A stretch of DNA of 64,000 bases from Eledone cirrhosa. Lineage: Eukaryota. The stretch spans positions 1,116,001-1,180,000 of the forward strand of contig OZ024764.1 of NCBI GenBank assembly GCA_964016885.1, written 5' to 3'. The notes under the pieces were generated by a model that was given only the letters and a program-made list of their open reading frames with translations, searched no databases and was not told the DNA's origin. Positions 35,860 to 45,690 of this stretch are shown piece by piece. Made by a program: the position numbers and the translations under genes. Every line of letters starts with the position of its first letter. Position 1 is the stretch's first letter.

Positions 35860-37929
35860 TAGACTTATTATATATATATATAGTATAGACTTATTATATA
35901 TACACAACATACACCTTATATACACTAGGTTTAGACTATATATACACTACACTGTATATAATGTTGTCCAAGGGAAAGGCGATGGCTGATACAGCTTGAC
36001 ATCAATGACGTCACAACATACTATATATACATTGTATACTTTGTATATACACTGTATACACACCATATATACACTATATATATATATATATACACTATAT
36101 ATGATGTTCTTCAAGGGAAAGGTAATGGCTGATACAGTTTGGCACCAGTGACATCACAACTCATTTCTACAGCTGAGTAAACTGGAGCAACGTGAAATAA
36201 AGTGTCTTGCTTAAGGATACAACACATCACCCAGTCCAAGAATTGAACTCACAACCTCACTATTGAAGCCCAATGCTCTAACCACTAAGCCATTTTCACA
36301 GTAAAGGATTTACTTCACATAATATCTCGCATAACATTTACATTACTCTATATATACTATTGTATTTTCACAGTAAAGGCTTTACCTCACATAATATCTC
36401 ACATAACATTTACATTACTCTATATATACTATTGTATTTTCACAGTAAAGACTTTACCTCACATAATATCTCACATAACATTTACATTACTCTATATATA
36501 CTATTGTATTTTCACAGTAAAGGCTTTACCTCACATAATATCTCACATAACATTTACATTACTCTATATATACTATTGTATTTTCACAGTAAAGGCTTTA
36601 CCTCACATAATATCTCACATAACATTTACATTACTGTGAAAATATAATAGTATATATAGAGTAATGTAAATGTTATGTGAGATATTATGTGAGGTAAAGA
36701 CTTTACTGTGAAAATACAATAGTATATATATAGAGTAAAGGCTTTACTTCACATAATATCTCACATAACATTTACATTACTCTATATATACTATTGTATT
36801 TTCACAGTAAAGGCTTTACCTCACATAACATTTACATTACTTTATATACACTAGACCACCAGTGACCCATTGGGTCACATTCACTTAAAAATAATTTTTA
36901 AATAATTAAAATATACATGTATATAATGTGAAATGAAATTGGAAGACCTATATATATACGTGTGTGTATATATTTATATATGTGTGTATATATATATGTG
37001 GGTGTCTCTATGTCTCTCTTTCAATCTACTCTCTCACAACCACTATCTCTTCCTCTCTATCCTTCTCTCTCTCTATTTATGAAGGTACCCAGTAAACCCC
37101 ATATCTCGGGAACCCTTGCTCCGATTTACGTGAAACTTGTTTTATTCCATTTGTATTCCCATTTCAGGGTCAACTCCCTTTCAAAGTATTTCCCCATTAT
37201 GCTCCCTTTTGGCTGTATTACATTACAGACAAGCAAGCAAGCAAGCAATCACAGTTTTAGTATTATATGGATTTATTTATTCAGTTTTATTATCTCATGT
37301 ATTGTTTTATTATTGTATTGCCCATAGGGTGGTGAATTGGCAGTATCGGTAGAGGGTCGGACACCGTACTTTATGGACTGAGGTCAAATCCCGCTGAGGT
37401 TAATTTTGCCTTTCATCCTTGCAGGGTCGATAAAATAAAGTACTGGTAACGTACTGCAGTTGATTTTTATCGACTTTCCCGTCCACCCAAATTACTCGCC
37501 TTTCAAAGTATTTTTCCATTAGGTGCTGTTTTGGTTGTATTAAATTTATTAAATTATTAAAGGCGGTAGATTGGCAGTATCGGTAGAGGGTTGGACGCCA
37601 TGCTTTGACACATAGAGTTACGGCCCTTGCCATTCTGAGTTCAAATCCAGCCGAGGTTAACTTTGCCTTTCATCCTTACAGGGTCGATAAAATAAAGTAC
37701 CAGTAATGTACTGGGTAATTGCTGGCCTTATGCCTAAAGTAGAAACAATTAAATTTATTAAATTACAGACAAGCAGACAACCACAGAGTTTTAGTATATA
37801 TATATATATATAATTGTTATTTTAATTTTCTCTTTCAGTTCCTGGAGCAATTGGTTTGTGCCCCTGGGGCTGGCTATCGCAGCAGCACTTCTCTACCGTT
37901 ATATGATGGTCTCCAAGGACATGTCGTAG
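4459..37929 (+). CDS. cyb5: Cytochrome b5, tail-anchored, 6 coding exons, 167 aa: join(4459-4680,21988-22024,27466-27557,28683-28706,33533-33570,37839-37929)
   Basis: Manual splicing gives [167 protein letters not shown]. It has the HPGG heme motif, axial His75/His99 24 residues apart, and a C-terminal WxNW-xP transmembrane anchor. All introns are GT..AG, phases 0,1,0,0,2 are consistent, and 504 nt is divisible by 3. Confidence 0.93.
5090..5155 (-). ncRNA. Type I hammerhead ribozyme motif (Penelope-like)
   Basis: Minus strand: UAUUUUAU CUGACGA AAGCGCA..UGCCCUU GAAA UAAAUA UA AUAAAAUA; 8-bp stem I. Confidence 0.7.
5821..6210. mobile_element. Palindromic hammerhead-bearing element (non-autonomous Penelope-like); right arm interrupted by a SINE fragment at ~6091-6165
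   Basis: Arms ~5821-5948 and ~6007-6210 are reverse complements, each with a CTGATGA..GAAA core facing outward. Confidence 0.75.
5857..5919 (-). ncRNA. Type I hammerhead ribozyme motif
   Basis: Minus strand: AUUAUAUUUUGU CUGAUGA GGACGUAC-UGUU-GUACAUCC GAAA UAUGUA UA AUAAAAUGUAAU; 12-bp stem I, 8-position stem II with one mismatch, minimal stem III. Confidence 0.85.
6313..7282 (+). mobile_element. tRNA-derived SINE family A with 14 tandem 49-bp internal units (6477-7167)
   Basis: A box TGGCTTAGTGG, B-box-like GAGTTCAATTC, CCTTGAGCAAGACACTT core, GGAAGGGCATC.AGCTGTAGAAA, (GAT)n tail. Confidence 0.9.
7873..8066 (+). mobile_element. tRNA-derived SINE family B
   Basis: GGATTGGCAGTATCGGTAGA head, GAGTTCAAATCCC, GCCTTTCATCCTTACGGGGTCGATAAAATAAAGTACCAG core, ends AGAAACAATTAT. 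Further copies at ~20636-20985(-), 28743-29068(+), 32035-32225(-), 33310-33410(-), 37325-37750(+), 41490-41745(+), 44424-44622(+), 45695-46008(-), 52035-52150(-). Confidence 0.88.
8185..8526 (-). mobile_element. SINE family A, full-length
   Basis: Reverse complement of the 15148-15493 copy. Confidence 0.9.
8578..8849. mobile_element. Palindromic element with two decayed hammerhead motifs
   Basis: Inverted arms both carry GAAACACGUGUC-ACC with stem II ccactgat/atcggtgg; cores are degenerate (CCGACAA on the minus arm, CAUGA on the plus arm). Confidence 0.65.
8881..11090. repeat. 40-bp minisatellite, ~55 units
   Basis: Unit ctgggtatttagtaccctaggttagctctacaatgtgtac. Confidence 0.97.
11093..11910. 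repeat. Trinucleotide low-complexity block (TAG/GTG, then CAC/CAA/ACT, then GTG/TAG)
   Basis: Direct reading; the poly-T/H/P/V ORFs here are artefacts. Confidence 0.85.
12041..12676 (+). mobile_element. Bipartite non-autonomous RTE derivative (~630 bp)
   Basis: The 5' part has RTE-5'UTR-like CTAGGAGAAGGAAAACTCTGA; the 3' part encodes a C2H2-like remnant [17 protein letters not shown]; flanked by (TA)n. Near-identical copies at ~24025-24600(-) and ~40125-40678(-); related pieces at 22320-22500, 33060-33290, 47360-47650 and 52270-52650. Confidence 0.75.
12941..13305 (-). mobile_element. SINE family A variant, 5'-truncated
   Basis: Same core and 49-bp unit, with an alternative 3' tail ending (GAT)n. 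Confidence 0.8.
14448..14509 (+). ncRNA. Hammerhead ribozyme motif, sense to cyb5 intron 1
   Basis: ACAC CUGAAGA ugucaCCAGGUU..AACCUGGccacu GAAA UGUGUA UA GUGU; the base of stem II has mismatches. Confidence 0.55.
14780..15140. mobile_element. Palindromic element with a decayed hammerhead (14903-14962, minus)
   Basis: Inverted arms (e.g. aatacactgtatgcttaattaaaagcattt / aaatgcttttaattaagcatacagtgtatt). The minus strand reads UAAGCU CUGAAGA GUU..AAC AGAUCUGUC AGCUUA, with the GAAAC apparently deleted. Confidence 0.6.
15148..15493 (+). mobile_element. SINE family A, full-length reference copy
   Basis: GGAGGCACATGGCTTAGTGG head to (GAT)n tail, with a single 49-bp unit. Confidence 0.92.
15825..17029 (+). 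mobile_element. Non-autonomous Helitron
   Basis: Starts A|TCTATATATATAAAAC; ends with hairpin CCCA..TGGG then CTAG|T; internal ~215-bp direct duplication (16097-16314 / 16786-17004) and ~36-bp tandem repeat at 16416-16725. Confidence 0.8.
17166..17847 (+). mobile_element. CR1-like LINE ORF2 C-terminal fragment
   Basis: [13 protein letters not shown]...[42 protein letters not shown] motifs. Confidence 0.9.
18616..19099 (-). mobile_element. SINE family A with ~4 tandem 49-bp units
   Basis: Reverse complement of family A. Confidence 0.88.
19790..20325 (-). mobile_element. Fused fragments: L1/Tx1-like 3' ORF piece (~19977-20325) joined to an RTE RT piece (~19790-19976)
   Basis: The minus strand gives [24 protein letters not shown] (homologous to 43809-44121), then [25 protein letters not shown] (homologous to 25530-25690). 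Confidence 0.75.
21052..21517 (-). mobile_element. Non-autonomous Helitron
   Basis: Minus strand starts TCTATATATATAAAACTG; 3' hairpin CCCG..CGGG near 21065-21080 and a degenerate terminus. Confidence 0.65.
21988..22024 (+). CDS. cyb5: cyb5 coding exon 2 (37 nt, [12 protein letters not shown]+G)
   Basis: Acceptor ttttccgtatttttcAG; encodes HPGGEEVL; donor G|GTAAGT. Confidence 0.95.
22880..23695 (+). mobile_element. Decayed RTE 3' end with ~4 tandem copies of a ~120-bp coding segment
   Basis: [17 protein letters not shown] repeated; ends ccatgcaaccatggaaaa..gacgtaaaac(GAT)n. Confidence 0.8.
24985..26888 (+). mobile_element. 5'-truncated RTE-clade LINE (RT domain, frameshift near 25720) with 3' UTR and (GAT)n tail
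   Basis: [40 protein letters not shown], Cys-rich insert [35 protein letters not shown]; stop at 26390. Confidence 0.92.
26975..27356 (-). mobile_element. LINE ORF2 3'-end fragment (CR1/Jockey-group-like)
   Basis: [44 protein letters not shown], a typical LINE C-terminus. Confidence 0.65.
27466..27557 (+). CDS. cyb5: cyb5 coding exon 3 (92 nt)
   Basis: Acceptor ttgttttacatccAG; encodes [30 protein letters not shown]; donor GTGAGT. Confidence 0.95.
27757..28592 (+). repeat. Tandem array (60/72-bp units) amplified from the left end of a piggyBac-like MITE
   Basis: Begins CCCTTTAGTATTT; unit tttacattactctatatatactattgtattttcacagtaaaggctttacctcacataa. A similar array at 36293-36845 contains one inverted unit (~36634-36737). 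Confidence 0.85.
28683..28706 (+). CDS. cyb5: cyb5 coding exon 4 (24-nt micro-exon, DDKTKKTK)
   Basis: Pyrimidine tract plus acAG acceptor; donor GTAAGT; phase 0/0; corresponds to the short DD-starting linker exon of vertebrate CYB5. Confidence 0.82.
29268..30108. repeat. ~45-bp minisatellite with variable C-run
   Basis: Unit tagatgtttgtgtattagacac(c)nctccttcctcagtcatcaca, ~17 copies. Confidence 0.92.
31112..31190 (-). ncRNA. Full-size type I hammerhead fold with a GAAA-to-GGAA core change
   Basis: UCACCCA CUGAUGA GCAAGAAUU..AAUUUUGC GGAA CAGCU-GACCAA-AGUUG UC UGGGUGA; a partial inverted partner lies at ~31390-31435. Confidence 0.7.
33533..33570 (+). CDS. cyb5: cyb5 coding exon 5 (38 nt, [12 protein letters not shown]+AG)
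   Basis: Acceptor ttgtctttttataccattgcAG; donor AG|GTAAAT; phase 0 to 2 is the phase needed to join exon 6. Confidence 0.8.
34961..35025 (-). ncRNA. Type I hammerhead ribozyme motif
   Basis: UAUUUUAU CUGAUGA AGCCGCACCAA..UUGGUCGCCCUU GAAA UAUAUA UA AUAAAAUA. Confidence 0.75.
35140..35204 (+). ncRNA. Type I hammerhead ribozyme motif, sense to cyb5 pre-mRNA
   Basis: UAUUUUAU CUGAUGA AAGCGCACCAA-UAUUGUC-UUGGUCGCCCUU GAAA UAUAUA UA AUAAAAUA; palindromic stem III; predicted cleavage after 35196. Confidence 0.85.
35250..35902. repeat. Compound microsatellite: GTATAGACTTAT interspersed with variable (TA)n
   Basis: About 18-20 units read directly. Confidence 0.92.
36851..37268 (-). mobile_element. 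Non-autonomous Helitron, contiguous copy
   Basis: Minus strand ends GTGACCCAATGGGTCAC hairpin..GGTCTAG|T; the 5' part matches 24640-24900. Confidence 0.7.
37839..37929 (+). CDS. cyb5: cyb5 terminal coding exon (membrane anchor and stop)
   Basis: Acceptor ttttctctttcAG; [32 protein letters not shown] at 37927-37929. Confidence 0.92.
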
Positions 37930-38829
37930 CTCACATGCTGAGGGGGGGGAGGGGAACGGGGAGGGATATATATATAAACATCTAGCTATAGATATATATA
38001 TATATAGATAGATAGATATATAAATATATATATATATTTAAATATCTATATGTTACATATATATATATATACATAAATATATACATATATATATATCTGT
38101 ATATATATATATATATACATAAATATATAAATATATACATATATATATCTGTATATATACATAGATATATCTGTATATATATATATATATATATACATAA
38201 ATATATAAATATATACATATATATATACATAGATAAATCTGTATATATAAATATATATATATATATAATGATGATAATAATAATGAGCAGGAAGGAAGTA
38301 TCACTATACATCATTATGTTTCTTCATACGTGAGGCATGTTTCACGATCTATCTGCTCAAGGTACTATAGCTAATGATCAGAGGTCGAACTCTAGAATCG
38401 ATAGCTTATCAAGAATCTCCAAATCTGATGAGGTATCAATATCAGATTTCCAGAGAGCGATACCAATCATTGTTGATCGTGAAATACGCCTCACATGTGA
38501 ATAAACATAAATGATTTTATATTGATACGTAATTCCAGCTCGTTGTTGTTGTTGTTGTTGTTATTATTATTATTATTATTATTAACACTCTGCCTGTTAA
38601 GGATACTGACTATGGCGAAATAGCTAACTTAGAATAACACAATGGTAGCCTTACCCACATATTAGTATTGAGTGCTCAAACTGGTGTACTGTCGGTTACT
38701 AATACACTATATGTATATATTGCCATAGAGATCCTTATTTGTTGGGTGTTGCCGCCAAGACACGTTCAAAGCAGCACGGAGCATACCTGTGTTTGCCCCG
38801 TCTAGCTTTTTCTCCAGATTCGACGTTAG

Positions 38830-39062
38830 CGTCCAAGTGATAGAGCCATAAACAAGCAAGGGAGAAATAGCAGGTGATGTGTTGTTATGGAGCCCATCTC
38901 ATGAAGCAAGAAACGCTGGTCGTACCAAGAAGACATACGTCGAGCAACTTGAGGACGATACTGGATGTGCTGAGGAAGAACTGGCAAACGTTATGAGAGA
39001 CAGAGATGGATGGAGGAAACGTGTCGTAGAAAGCCGAGCAAGCTCGACCCGATGATGATGAT
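38830..39062 (+). mobile_element. RTE-group LINE 3' terminal fragment
   Basis: EIAGDVLLWSPSHEARNAGRTKKTYVEQLEDDTG..MRDRDGWRKRV, then (GAT)n. Confidence 0.7.
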
Positions 39063-39207
39063 ATATATATATGTGTGTGTGCGTGTGTATATATTGAAAA
39101 TAAAGCCAAGTTTCACATTAACGTCTTTATTAATGTGAAACCTCACTTTGTTTTTCAATATATACACATACTTACATACTTACTACACCCTCTTTGTTAT
39201 ATATATA

Positions 39208-39785
39208 TATATTGTTATACTTGGGAAGGGTCATATTGTTGTAATAATATTGCCAGAAATAATAACAGAACACACTCACTGTTTGGTTGGTTTTCGCTTC
39301 TGTATCTTTTATATCTCCACAGTTAATTTATTCGGTCCTCAATGTTTACCATTGACTGACCAACGGTCAAAAATACAGATATAATATAGATATAAACACA
39401 TATATATAGTCTAACAAAGTTCTTTCGTTGCACATCTGCAACATCATCAGTGGTACTATTATGTTTCCTCCTGTTGTATTGTTTGTCTATGCCAGAAAAA
39501 TGGTATAGACATACAATACAACAGGAGGAACATAATAGTACCACTGATGATGTTGCAGATGTGCAACGAAAGAACTTTGTTAGACTATATATATGTGTTT
39601 ATATCTATATTATATCTGTATTTTTGACCGTTGGTCAGTCAATGATAAACATTGAGGACCGAATAAATTAACTGTGGAGATATAAAAGATACAGAAGCGA
39701 AAACCAACCAAACAGTGAGTGTGTTCTGTTATTATTTCTGGCAATATTATTACAACAATATGACCCTTCCCAAGTATAACAATAT
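39208..39785. mobile_element. Near-perfect ~580-bp palindrome with two outward-facing hammerheads (39406-39459 minus, 39535-39588 plus)
   Basis: Arms of ~280 bp are almost identical; AUAGU-AC-CA CUGAUGA U GUUGCA-GAUG-UGCAAC GAAA GAAC UU UG-UUAG-ACUAU. A diverged single-arm relative lies at ~30380-30725. Confidence 0.85.
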
Positions 39786-40873
39786 TTGTTTCGACACAGG
39801 ATTTCATATAAAATACCTCGCAAAACAAATATATATATATACATACACACACACATATATGCATACATATATATACACATACATACATACATATATATAT
39901 ATATATACATACACATATATATATATACATACATATATATATATACATATATATACACATAAATATATGTATACATACATATATATATACACATACATAT
40001 ATATATATACATACATATATATACATATACATATATATATACATACACATATACATACATATATATATATGTATACATATATATATATGTATACATATAT
40101 ATATATGTATACATATATATATATTGGTGGCTGCCAACTCGTTTTCGAGTACGGCCACTACTTTATATCCATGGAGGAGAACCCCTACCGATGCGCTGAA
40201 CGAGTGTGACTTTTTAGTCCAGCCAGCGACTTGAAAACTCTGGTACAAACACTACACTTGTGACAATTATTGACACATAGTGCTGGGCCCATGGTACCAT
40301 GTGACAAGTGCAGAGAGATCTCCAGATATAAAGCAATGCCTGTGCCGTGAAGCTTTTATAGTGAGCAAAGGCACTGCACAAAGCCAGTCCCACTCTCTTA
40401 ACCAAGATGATATTTACCAAAAAGAAGAACAAGTCAACATCATTGGATACCATCAGGGTTGCAGGTGTTATATCAGAGTTTTCCTTCTCCTAGAATTCTG
40501 CCTTGACAAAGGCTAAGGGGTCATCTCTCCCGGTGATTTTGGATGGCCATTGACTCTTAAGAGCTCCTTTGCCCTTTGACAGGTTTTGTTTTTAGTCCTG
40601 CAGGATGTCCAAAGTCACCCTCCTCACCAAGACACCTTGGTGGGGTTGCCAGTTTAGTCACCAACGACCCGACCATGAGTCATGTATACATACATACATG
40701 CGACATGTATACATACATACATGAGACATGTATACATACATACATGAGACATGTATACATACATACATGAGACATGTATACATACATGTATGTATACATA
40801 CACGTATGTATACATACATACATGCATATATGTATACATACATATATATATCTGTAGATACATATATATATCT

Positions 40874-40916
<43 letters not shown>

Positions 40917-40966
40917 CATAATATTAAATATTGAAAATATATATATATACACACAAACATATATAC

Positions 40967-41035
<69 letters not shown>

Positions 41036-41756
41036 CACATATATATATACACACATACATATATATTCATACGTATATATATATATATATATACACACAC
41101 ATATACATATATATATATACTCATACATACATATATATATACACACATACATATATATATACACACACATACGTACATATATACATATATATATATCTCT
41201 ATATAGAAAGAAAGATATATAGACCAACCAAACTAACCAAGTTATTGCAGCTCAGTTCTCCAGCTAAAACTCCAAACTTGGTGACTGGACATAGTCAAGT
41301 CGCACCTGCACATGCAGTCATGCATGGATGACCACACCACACTGCACCAGTGTTATATGACAACTTGCACAGGAAACCATGAAACATACCAGCCAACAAT
41401 AATAATAACATTTAAAAAAATAAAAATAAATATAAATATTTTAAGATAATAAAAAAAAATGAATTTTAATTATTTTTTAGATATTATTATTATTCTGAGT
41501 TCAAATCCCGCCGAGGTCGATAAAATAAAGTACCAGTAATGTACTGGGTAATTACTGGCCTTGTGCCTAAAGTAGAAACAATTATTATTAATACGGGATT
41601 TGAACTCGCCCCTTTATGATCTGAGTTCAAATCCCGCCGAGGTTGACTTTGCCTTTCATCCTTACGGGGTCGATAAAATAAAGTACCAGTAATGTACTGG
41701 GTAATTGCTGGCCTTGTGCCAAAAGTAGAAACAATTATTATTATTAATTATTATTG

Positions 41757-44391
41757 TTATTGGCTCTCGACCAATTTTTCAACGCTAGGGGTAGCGTGCT
41801 CTCAGACACGAGGGGACAAAAGCCGTTGAAATGGGCCCCGGGTGGCGGAGGCGCGTCGTGGCAACAAAGCCACAACCCGGTCTTTGGCGAACTACGACGG
41901 GCACATGATACTCGATCCCGGGCAGATGTGTGTGGCTTTTCAGAGGCACTTTGCTCAGCTGTTTGGGGGCAATGGCGAGCCACACCGCGGAATGGACTTC
42001 AGTGCCTACCTCAACGGACTGCCGCGGCTCTCGGCCACTGAGGCGGAGTGTTGCAAAAGGCCGATAACAGCTGCTGAAGTACGGGAGGCAATGACTAGCT
42101 GCACAATGGGTAAATCACTTGGTTTGGATGGTCTGCCCTACGAATTTTACATACATATGCCAGACTTGTTCGAAGACGTCTTGGCAGACGTCTACTGCAA
42201 CTGGCAGCAGAGCGAGAGAATTCCCAGCTCTGTGAGCCGAGGAGCGGTGGCGCTGCTGAGAAAGGATCCGAGCAAGGGGGATAACATAGAAAATTTCAGG
42301 CCCATAACTCTGCTAAACACAGACTTCAAGATTATTTTGGCTAAGGTGTTAGCAAAGAGGTTGGCGCTTGTCGTTGGTGGTCTGGTGGGAGAGGCGCAAA
42401 CATGCGCCATTCCAGACAGATCCATCCACGACAACCTCCACCTCATGCGATACATCGTAGAGAGGGTAGCTAGGGAACCTGGCATGGGTGGGTCTTTGAT
42501 CAATTTAGATCAGTCAAAAGCTTTCGATAGGGTTGACCATCGTTATCTGGCAGCAGTCCTAAGAGCAGCTGGCTTTGGGCCTGTCTTCAGAGGCTGGATT
42601 GCTGCCATGCACTGCGACATCTCTGTGGTGAGAGCGAATGGTTCTTTTCGGAACCATTCAACATCATGCGCTCGATCCGCCAGGGATGTCCTCTCTCGTC
42701 CTTGTTGTACGTATTGACTCTTGAGCCATTACTGCACGAGCTGGAGACATTGAGGGGGGGTCCCGCGTGAACTAGGATGTGGAAGAACAGTGTCAGCTTA
42801 TGCAGACAACATCACCGTAGTGGTGTCGAGCATCAAACACATCGAGGCGATCGGCACCACACTAATAGAATTCGAGGTAGTGACAGGAGCAATGATCAAC
42901 CAGGAAAAATCAGTAGGCCTGCAACTCAGAACCTGGAGAGGCAGGTCCATGCCGCCCAACAGTGTCGTCGGGCACTGGACGGATGGACCGGTTAAATTGC
43001 TAGGGGTCTGGTTCGGTCCGGACCTCCAGACGGACAAAAACTGGGAGGAGGTCACGAGGAAGGTGTTTTCTCTCACCCAGAAATGGGCGAAGAGGAAGCT
43101 ATCCCTGAAAGGTCGAGCGGAGGTGGTGAATGCGTACATCGCGTCCGTCATCTACTACCGCCTGACCGTCGTGCCTTGTCCTAAGCCTCGCCTGACTGCA
43201 CTGGAGCGTTTGCTCTTTCGCTTTTTGTGGAAGGGACGTGCTCCGATGGTCAGGCAGTCCATCTGCTGTCAACACTCGCTACGCAGAGGACTGGGCATGC
43301 CGTGGCTGATGATGCGCAGACATGCACTCAGGCTACGACATCTCTTCCTCGACGGTCATCTGGTGTGTTCGCCCTCTGCTAGACACGTTTTCCCAGCTTG
43401 TCTCCTTGGCGGAGCTGCAGTCCTGGGTCAAGCGAAGACAGAGAGGAAGCGCTTGGAGACTAGAATGTGTTCAGGCGCTTGGAGCCCTCGACCAGTCGAG
43501 CAATACAATCGCTGGAAACTAAACCTTGGCGTTCTATAGAGGATTAGTGGAAGGAAAGAGCAACAACGTCCTTGGGCAGACTCTAGGCGTCGACGAAAAC
43601 CAACTAGCCAATCTCTTCGGGAGAACTTTTAGGCCAGGGCCCATGGACAACTTCCAGAAATCCCTGGCCTGGCAGTGCTACAGAGGAGCCTTGCCAGTTC
43701 GGGACAAACTCTACAGGCATGGAAGTGCCATCAGCCGAGATGCGCACAGGGCGATGAAACCATCCTGCACGCACTTGTCCGGTGTCCGAGCATCGCTGAT
43801 TTGTAGGTTTAAGCTGAACACCTGCTGTCACGTGTAGAACGGATCCGGCTATCAGCTGAGTCCATCGTGAAGATTGCCCCGCCCTCTTCCTTTAGTCGGG
43901 AAAGGCAGGCAGTTTTTATCTGCCTGGTGGCCATGGTAAAAGAGATTGTATGGTGGACACGTCTGAAAGGGTTAAGGACCGGTACTTTCCTTTTCGGTGA
44001 CACCCTCATTAACATTTTCAGGTTTCACCTGAAGAGGAAAATCAGGGTGGGGAGGGAAGTGCTGACCTCCAGCCAGTTTGTTGAAAGGTGGGTGAGAGAG
44101 GCAAGAATGGGTCTACCCTGAGCGTGTGCCTGTAGCATTGTAGGAGGAAAACTGGAAGAGGGCATTTGCCCTAGCGGTCAGGGTAACCATGGCTTTTCTT
44201 GTGGGCTTTCTCCACGAGCAACCCTTGGAGGTCTCTCCCCTATTGGGAATTTTTCATTGTTTCCTTTTGTTACACTCTGTTTTTGTTTTGTTTTTTTACA
44301 CGCAGAAATGCCCATTTCTATTGTCCTGTATTGTCCTATACCGTCCTTAATGTTATACTTTGTGTCAACCCTTGTGGTCAATAAAGAAAGC
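41757..44391 (+). mobile_element. 5'-truncated, frameshifted L1/Tx1-clade LINE
   Basis: GLDGLPYEFY, NFRPITLLNTDFKI, LDQSKAFDRVDH, SAYADNIT, LSLKGRA..VN motifs; ends AATAAAGAAAG in (ATT)n; both flanks are (ATT)n. Confidence 0.9.
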
Positions 44392-44699
44392 ATTATTATT
44401 ATTATTATTATTTATTATTATTAAGGGCGGTGGATTGGCAGTACCGGTAGAGGGTCGGAGACCATGCTTTGCAGCATAGAGTTACGCCCCTTTACGTTCC
44501 GAGTTCAACTCCCGCCGAGGTTAACTTTGTCTTTCATCCTTACGGGGTTGATAAAATAAAGTACCAGTAATACACTGGGATAATTGCTGGCCTTGTGCCA
44601 AAAGCAGAAACAATTATTATTATTTGAGGTACAAGGACAGCAATTTTTTTTTTTTGTGTGGGGGGGGGGGGGGGTTCAATTAAATTGAACCCAGTACAT

Positions 44700-45690
44700 T
44701 ATTGATCTGCAAGACTTTCTAAATGTACTGGCCAAACATTCACTGGAGGCTGGCTTACACACCAACATCTCCAAAACAAAGTGTATGACAACTGATAAAA
44801 ACAATGCCAATCTACAACCAACAAATTGCTCAAGTTACAGAGTTTGTATATCTCAGTCACAAACAATGGACTGGTTGCTGTCCACTACCACATCGCTCTA
44901 GGTTGGGCAGCTTTCAACAAGATCAAGGAAGTATTAACATCATAAAAGGGGTTTCCTATCATTTGAAGGCTAAGATCTTTGATATTTACATCCTACCAGT
45001 TGTGTTATACGGTCTTGACTGTGGAAACTGGATGACAAGGTCACTTCAGAAGCTCTTTACATTCCAGAACCACATCATGAGACTTATGACTGGCAAGTGG
45101 CTCGGTGACCTTATCTGTATCAGTGAGCTGTTCAACATTACCAGACTTAGACCAATTACATCAATTGTCAAGTCAAGAGTACTCAAACCATACGGTCATA
45201 TAAAAAGAAAAAGAGCAATTCGTGGTGTGAGTAGGTTATGCCTGGAAGAAAGGTTGGCTGGTAGGAGAAGCAGAGGCTGGCAGCCAAAACTCTGGCTTGA
45301 TAATGTCAACTTATGGACTGGACTTGATCTTTGATCATTAAACTCTGCTGTTGGTGATCAAAAGGTATATATTCCTGGAAGGAAGGTTGGCTGGTAAGAG
45401 AAGCAGAGGCTGGCAGCCAAAACTATGGCTTGATAATGTCAACTTATGGACTGGACTTGATCTTTACTCTTTAAACTGTTGTTGGTGATCAAAAGGTATT
45501 ATATATTCCTGGAAGGAAGGTTGGCTGGTAAGAGAAGCAGAAGCTGGCAGCCAAAACCATGGCTTGATAATGTCAACCTATGGACTGGACTTGATCTTTG
45601 CTCATTAAACTCTGCTGTTGGTGATCAAACTTTGTGGAGAGAGATATCACATGTTGATGCGCAGTCTGCAACTGTTGGAGTTTAGCGTCA
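44700..45690 (+). mobile_element. Decayed RTE-like LINE 3' fragment with a triplicated ~125-bp end
   Basis: KAKIFDIYILPVVLYG..YGHIKR..GRRSRG..WLDNV; segment ggaaggttggctggtaagagaagcag..ggacttgatcttt occurs three times (45240-45630). Confidence 0.75.

Larger units (their letters stand above)
33690..36292 (-). mobile_element. SINE (family-A head, different 3' module) expanded by tandem units and nested insertions
   Basis: tRNA-like head at ~36160-36292; unit tgttgtccaagagaaaggtaatggctgctacagcttggtaccagtgacatcacaac plus variable (TA)n repeated ~10x at 33840-34810. Confidence 0.65.

Noticed and set aside
33840-35902. CRISPR-like constant repeat with variable spacers
   Set aside because: Spacers are only (TA)n length variants, the context is a eukaryotic intron and there are no cas genes.
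39610-41227. Many YI/CV/HT-rich ORFs, also at 5371-5746, 37982-38314 and 54047-54339
   Set aside because: Dinucleotide microsatellite translations.
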